A DNA stretch of 32,000 nt from Escherichia coli. Its GTDB lineage: Bacteria; Pseudomonadota; Gammaproteobacteria; Enterobacterales; Enterobacteriaceae. The translations under genes and the position numbers were made by a program. Below the pieces are notes generated by a model. That model did no database searches. It was given only the letters and a program-made list of their open reading frames with translations, and was not told the DNA's origin. The stretch lies in NCBI RefSeq assembly GCF_049197925.2, contig NZ_CM137833.1; one strand, given 5' to 3'. This document shows, piece after piece, positions 30,019-32,000 of this stretch (within the stretch, counting starts at the first letter, position 1; every line of letters begins with the position of its first letter).

Positions 30019-30052
30019 ATGCCGGATAGGGCGCTCGCGCCACATCCGGCAG
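30019..30052. repeat. REP (repetitive extragenic palindrome) element
   Basis: GCCGGATAGGGCGCTCGCGCCACATCCGGC is a typical E. coli REP stem. It lies downstream of msrQ. Confidence 0.75.
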
Positions 30053-30083
30053 GGATAACGCGTACTTTGTCGGCAATATGAAG

Positions 30084-30719
30084 TTATACAGATAATTTGT
30101 TGTGAACCTGCTTGCGTAACCGGTTAAAAAGGGAACGCAACTTCTTATACCGTAAGGCTAAAAGCAGTACAGCCAGCCCAGCGTAGATGAGCGGCTGCGG
30201 TGAAATAATCTTCACGGACCACAGATAATGTATTGGGGCCAGAATCGCGACAAGATAGACGAAATTATGCAACTGTTGCCAGTGCTTGCCGAGTTTTCGC
30301 TGCATCGCCTGGGTTGAAGTAAACGCTAAAGCAAGCAAAATAACCCAGCTGATAATTCCTAACGTTAAATAAGGCCGGGTAATTAACTCCTTGCCTAATA
30401 ACGCCAGATTATTCACGCCCAGCTCCAGCAATGCGTAACTGGTTAAATGCAGTGTCGCCCAGGCAAAGCACCATAAGCCTAACAGGCGGCGAGTGCGTAT
30501 CAATAACGGCTGTTTTGCGTAGCGTGCCAGAGGTGTGATTAACAAGGTCGCCAGCAAAAATTTCAGTGCAGTGCGACCGGTAAAATGCTGAATATCTTTC
30601 ACCGGATCGGCACCCAGTCCACCGTGATTGATCGCCCAGACCAGCCAGAGAAACGGCAACAATCCGGCAAGATGCAGGCAAACTTTCAGCCATGTCACCT
30701 GTTTTACTGTCAGACGCAT
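30084..30719 (-). CDS. msrQ: Methionine sulfoxide reductase heme-binding membrane subunit
   Basis: 211-aa polytopic membrane protein. Its ATG is directly adjacent to the msrP stop (TGAATG). Confidence 0.9.
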   Translation of the reverse strand: MRLTVKQVTWLKVCLHLAGLLPFLWLVWAINHGGLGADPVKDIQHFTGRTALKFLLATLLITPLARYAKQPLLIRTRRLLGLWCFAWATLHLTSYALLELGVNNLALLGKELITRPYLTLGIISWVILLALAFTSTQAMQRKLGKHWQQLHNFVYLVAILAPIHYLWSVKIISPQPLIYAGLAVLLLALRYKKLRSLFNRLRKQVHNKLSV

Positions 30720-31730
<1,011 letters not shown>

Positions 31731-31832
31731 TCACACTTTTTTGTCGTTAGCCAGCAAGAGCCGTTTACTGTTAATCTGTCAGGGAGTGTCCTCCCTAACA
31801 GTAGCAGAGATCTGCTTTTACATATTTATGCA

Positions 31833-32000
31833 TTAACTGCCACGATAGGTTGAATACCCATATTGGCTAAGTAATAAAGGCACATGATAATGCTCGTTCA
31901 CTTTATTAATATGAAATTCAACGGGGATCTCAGGGAAGAAACTTTCAAGATTTTGTTTCTTGAAATAGTCCCCGGTTTTAAATACGACACGGTAATCGCC
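31833..32000 (-). CDS. hiuH: 5-hydroxyisourate hydrolase (transthyretin-like), C-terminal 55 codons; 5' end outside window
   Basis: My own minus-strand translation gives [55 protein letters not shown], with the stop at 31833-31835. It is absent from the ORF track because it has no start in the window. Confidence 0.8.

Overview
This window is an Escherichia coli-type chromosomal segment. Gene names are recalled from K-12 synteny and were not searched. The backbone order is yeeO (3' end), asnW, yeeN, amn, shiA, yeeL, yeeJ, asnT, mtfA, serU, yodB, zinT, msrQ, msrP, hiuH (3' end). The main feature is an 11.7-kb insertion (about 12549-24268) that splits the inverse-autotransporter adhesin gene yeeJ precisely, with a CT dinucleotide at both junctions. 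The insert holds a complete filamentous-phage (inovirus) gene set: an HUH replication initiator, a gV-position protein, two tiny overlapping hydrophobic ORFs, a major coat protein, a gIII-like protein, a gVI-like protein, a Zot/gI ATPase and a pIV secretin. It also carries a TraX-like membrane acyltransferase, about 2.9 copies of a 339-bp GC-rich tandem repeat, and a low-GC two-gene cassette on the opposite strand. The only recombinase is an IS110-family enzyme at the extreme left end. The 186-nt leader upstream of it contains short segments that match the yeeJ target flanks and the element ends, each including the CT core. These segments are arranged as the guide loops of an IS621-type bridge RNA would be. 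My main hypothesis is that this is an inovirus integrated into a protein-coding target by a bridge-RNA-guided IS110 recombinase. A recombinase/RNA promoter may be complete only on the circular phage form. yeeJ also carries a probable 1-nt frameshift and a 609-bp internal tandem duplication. The rest of the window looks like ordinary core genome. All calls come from reading the sequence and the ORF track; no database search or RNA folding was run.
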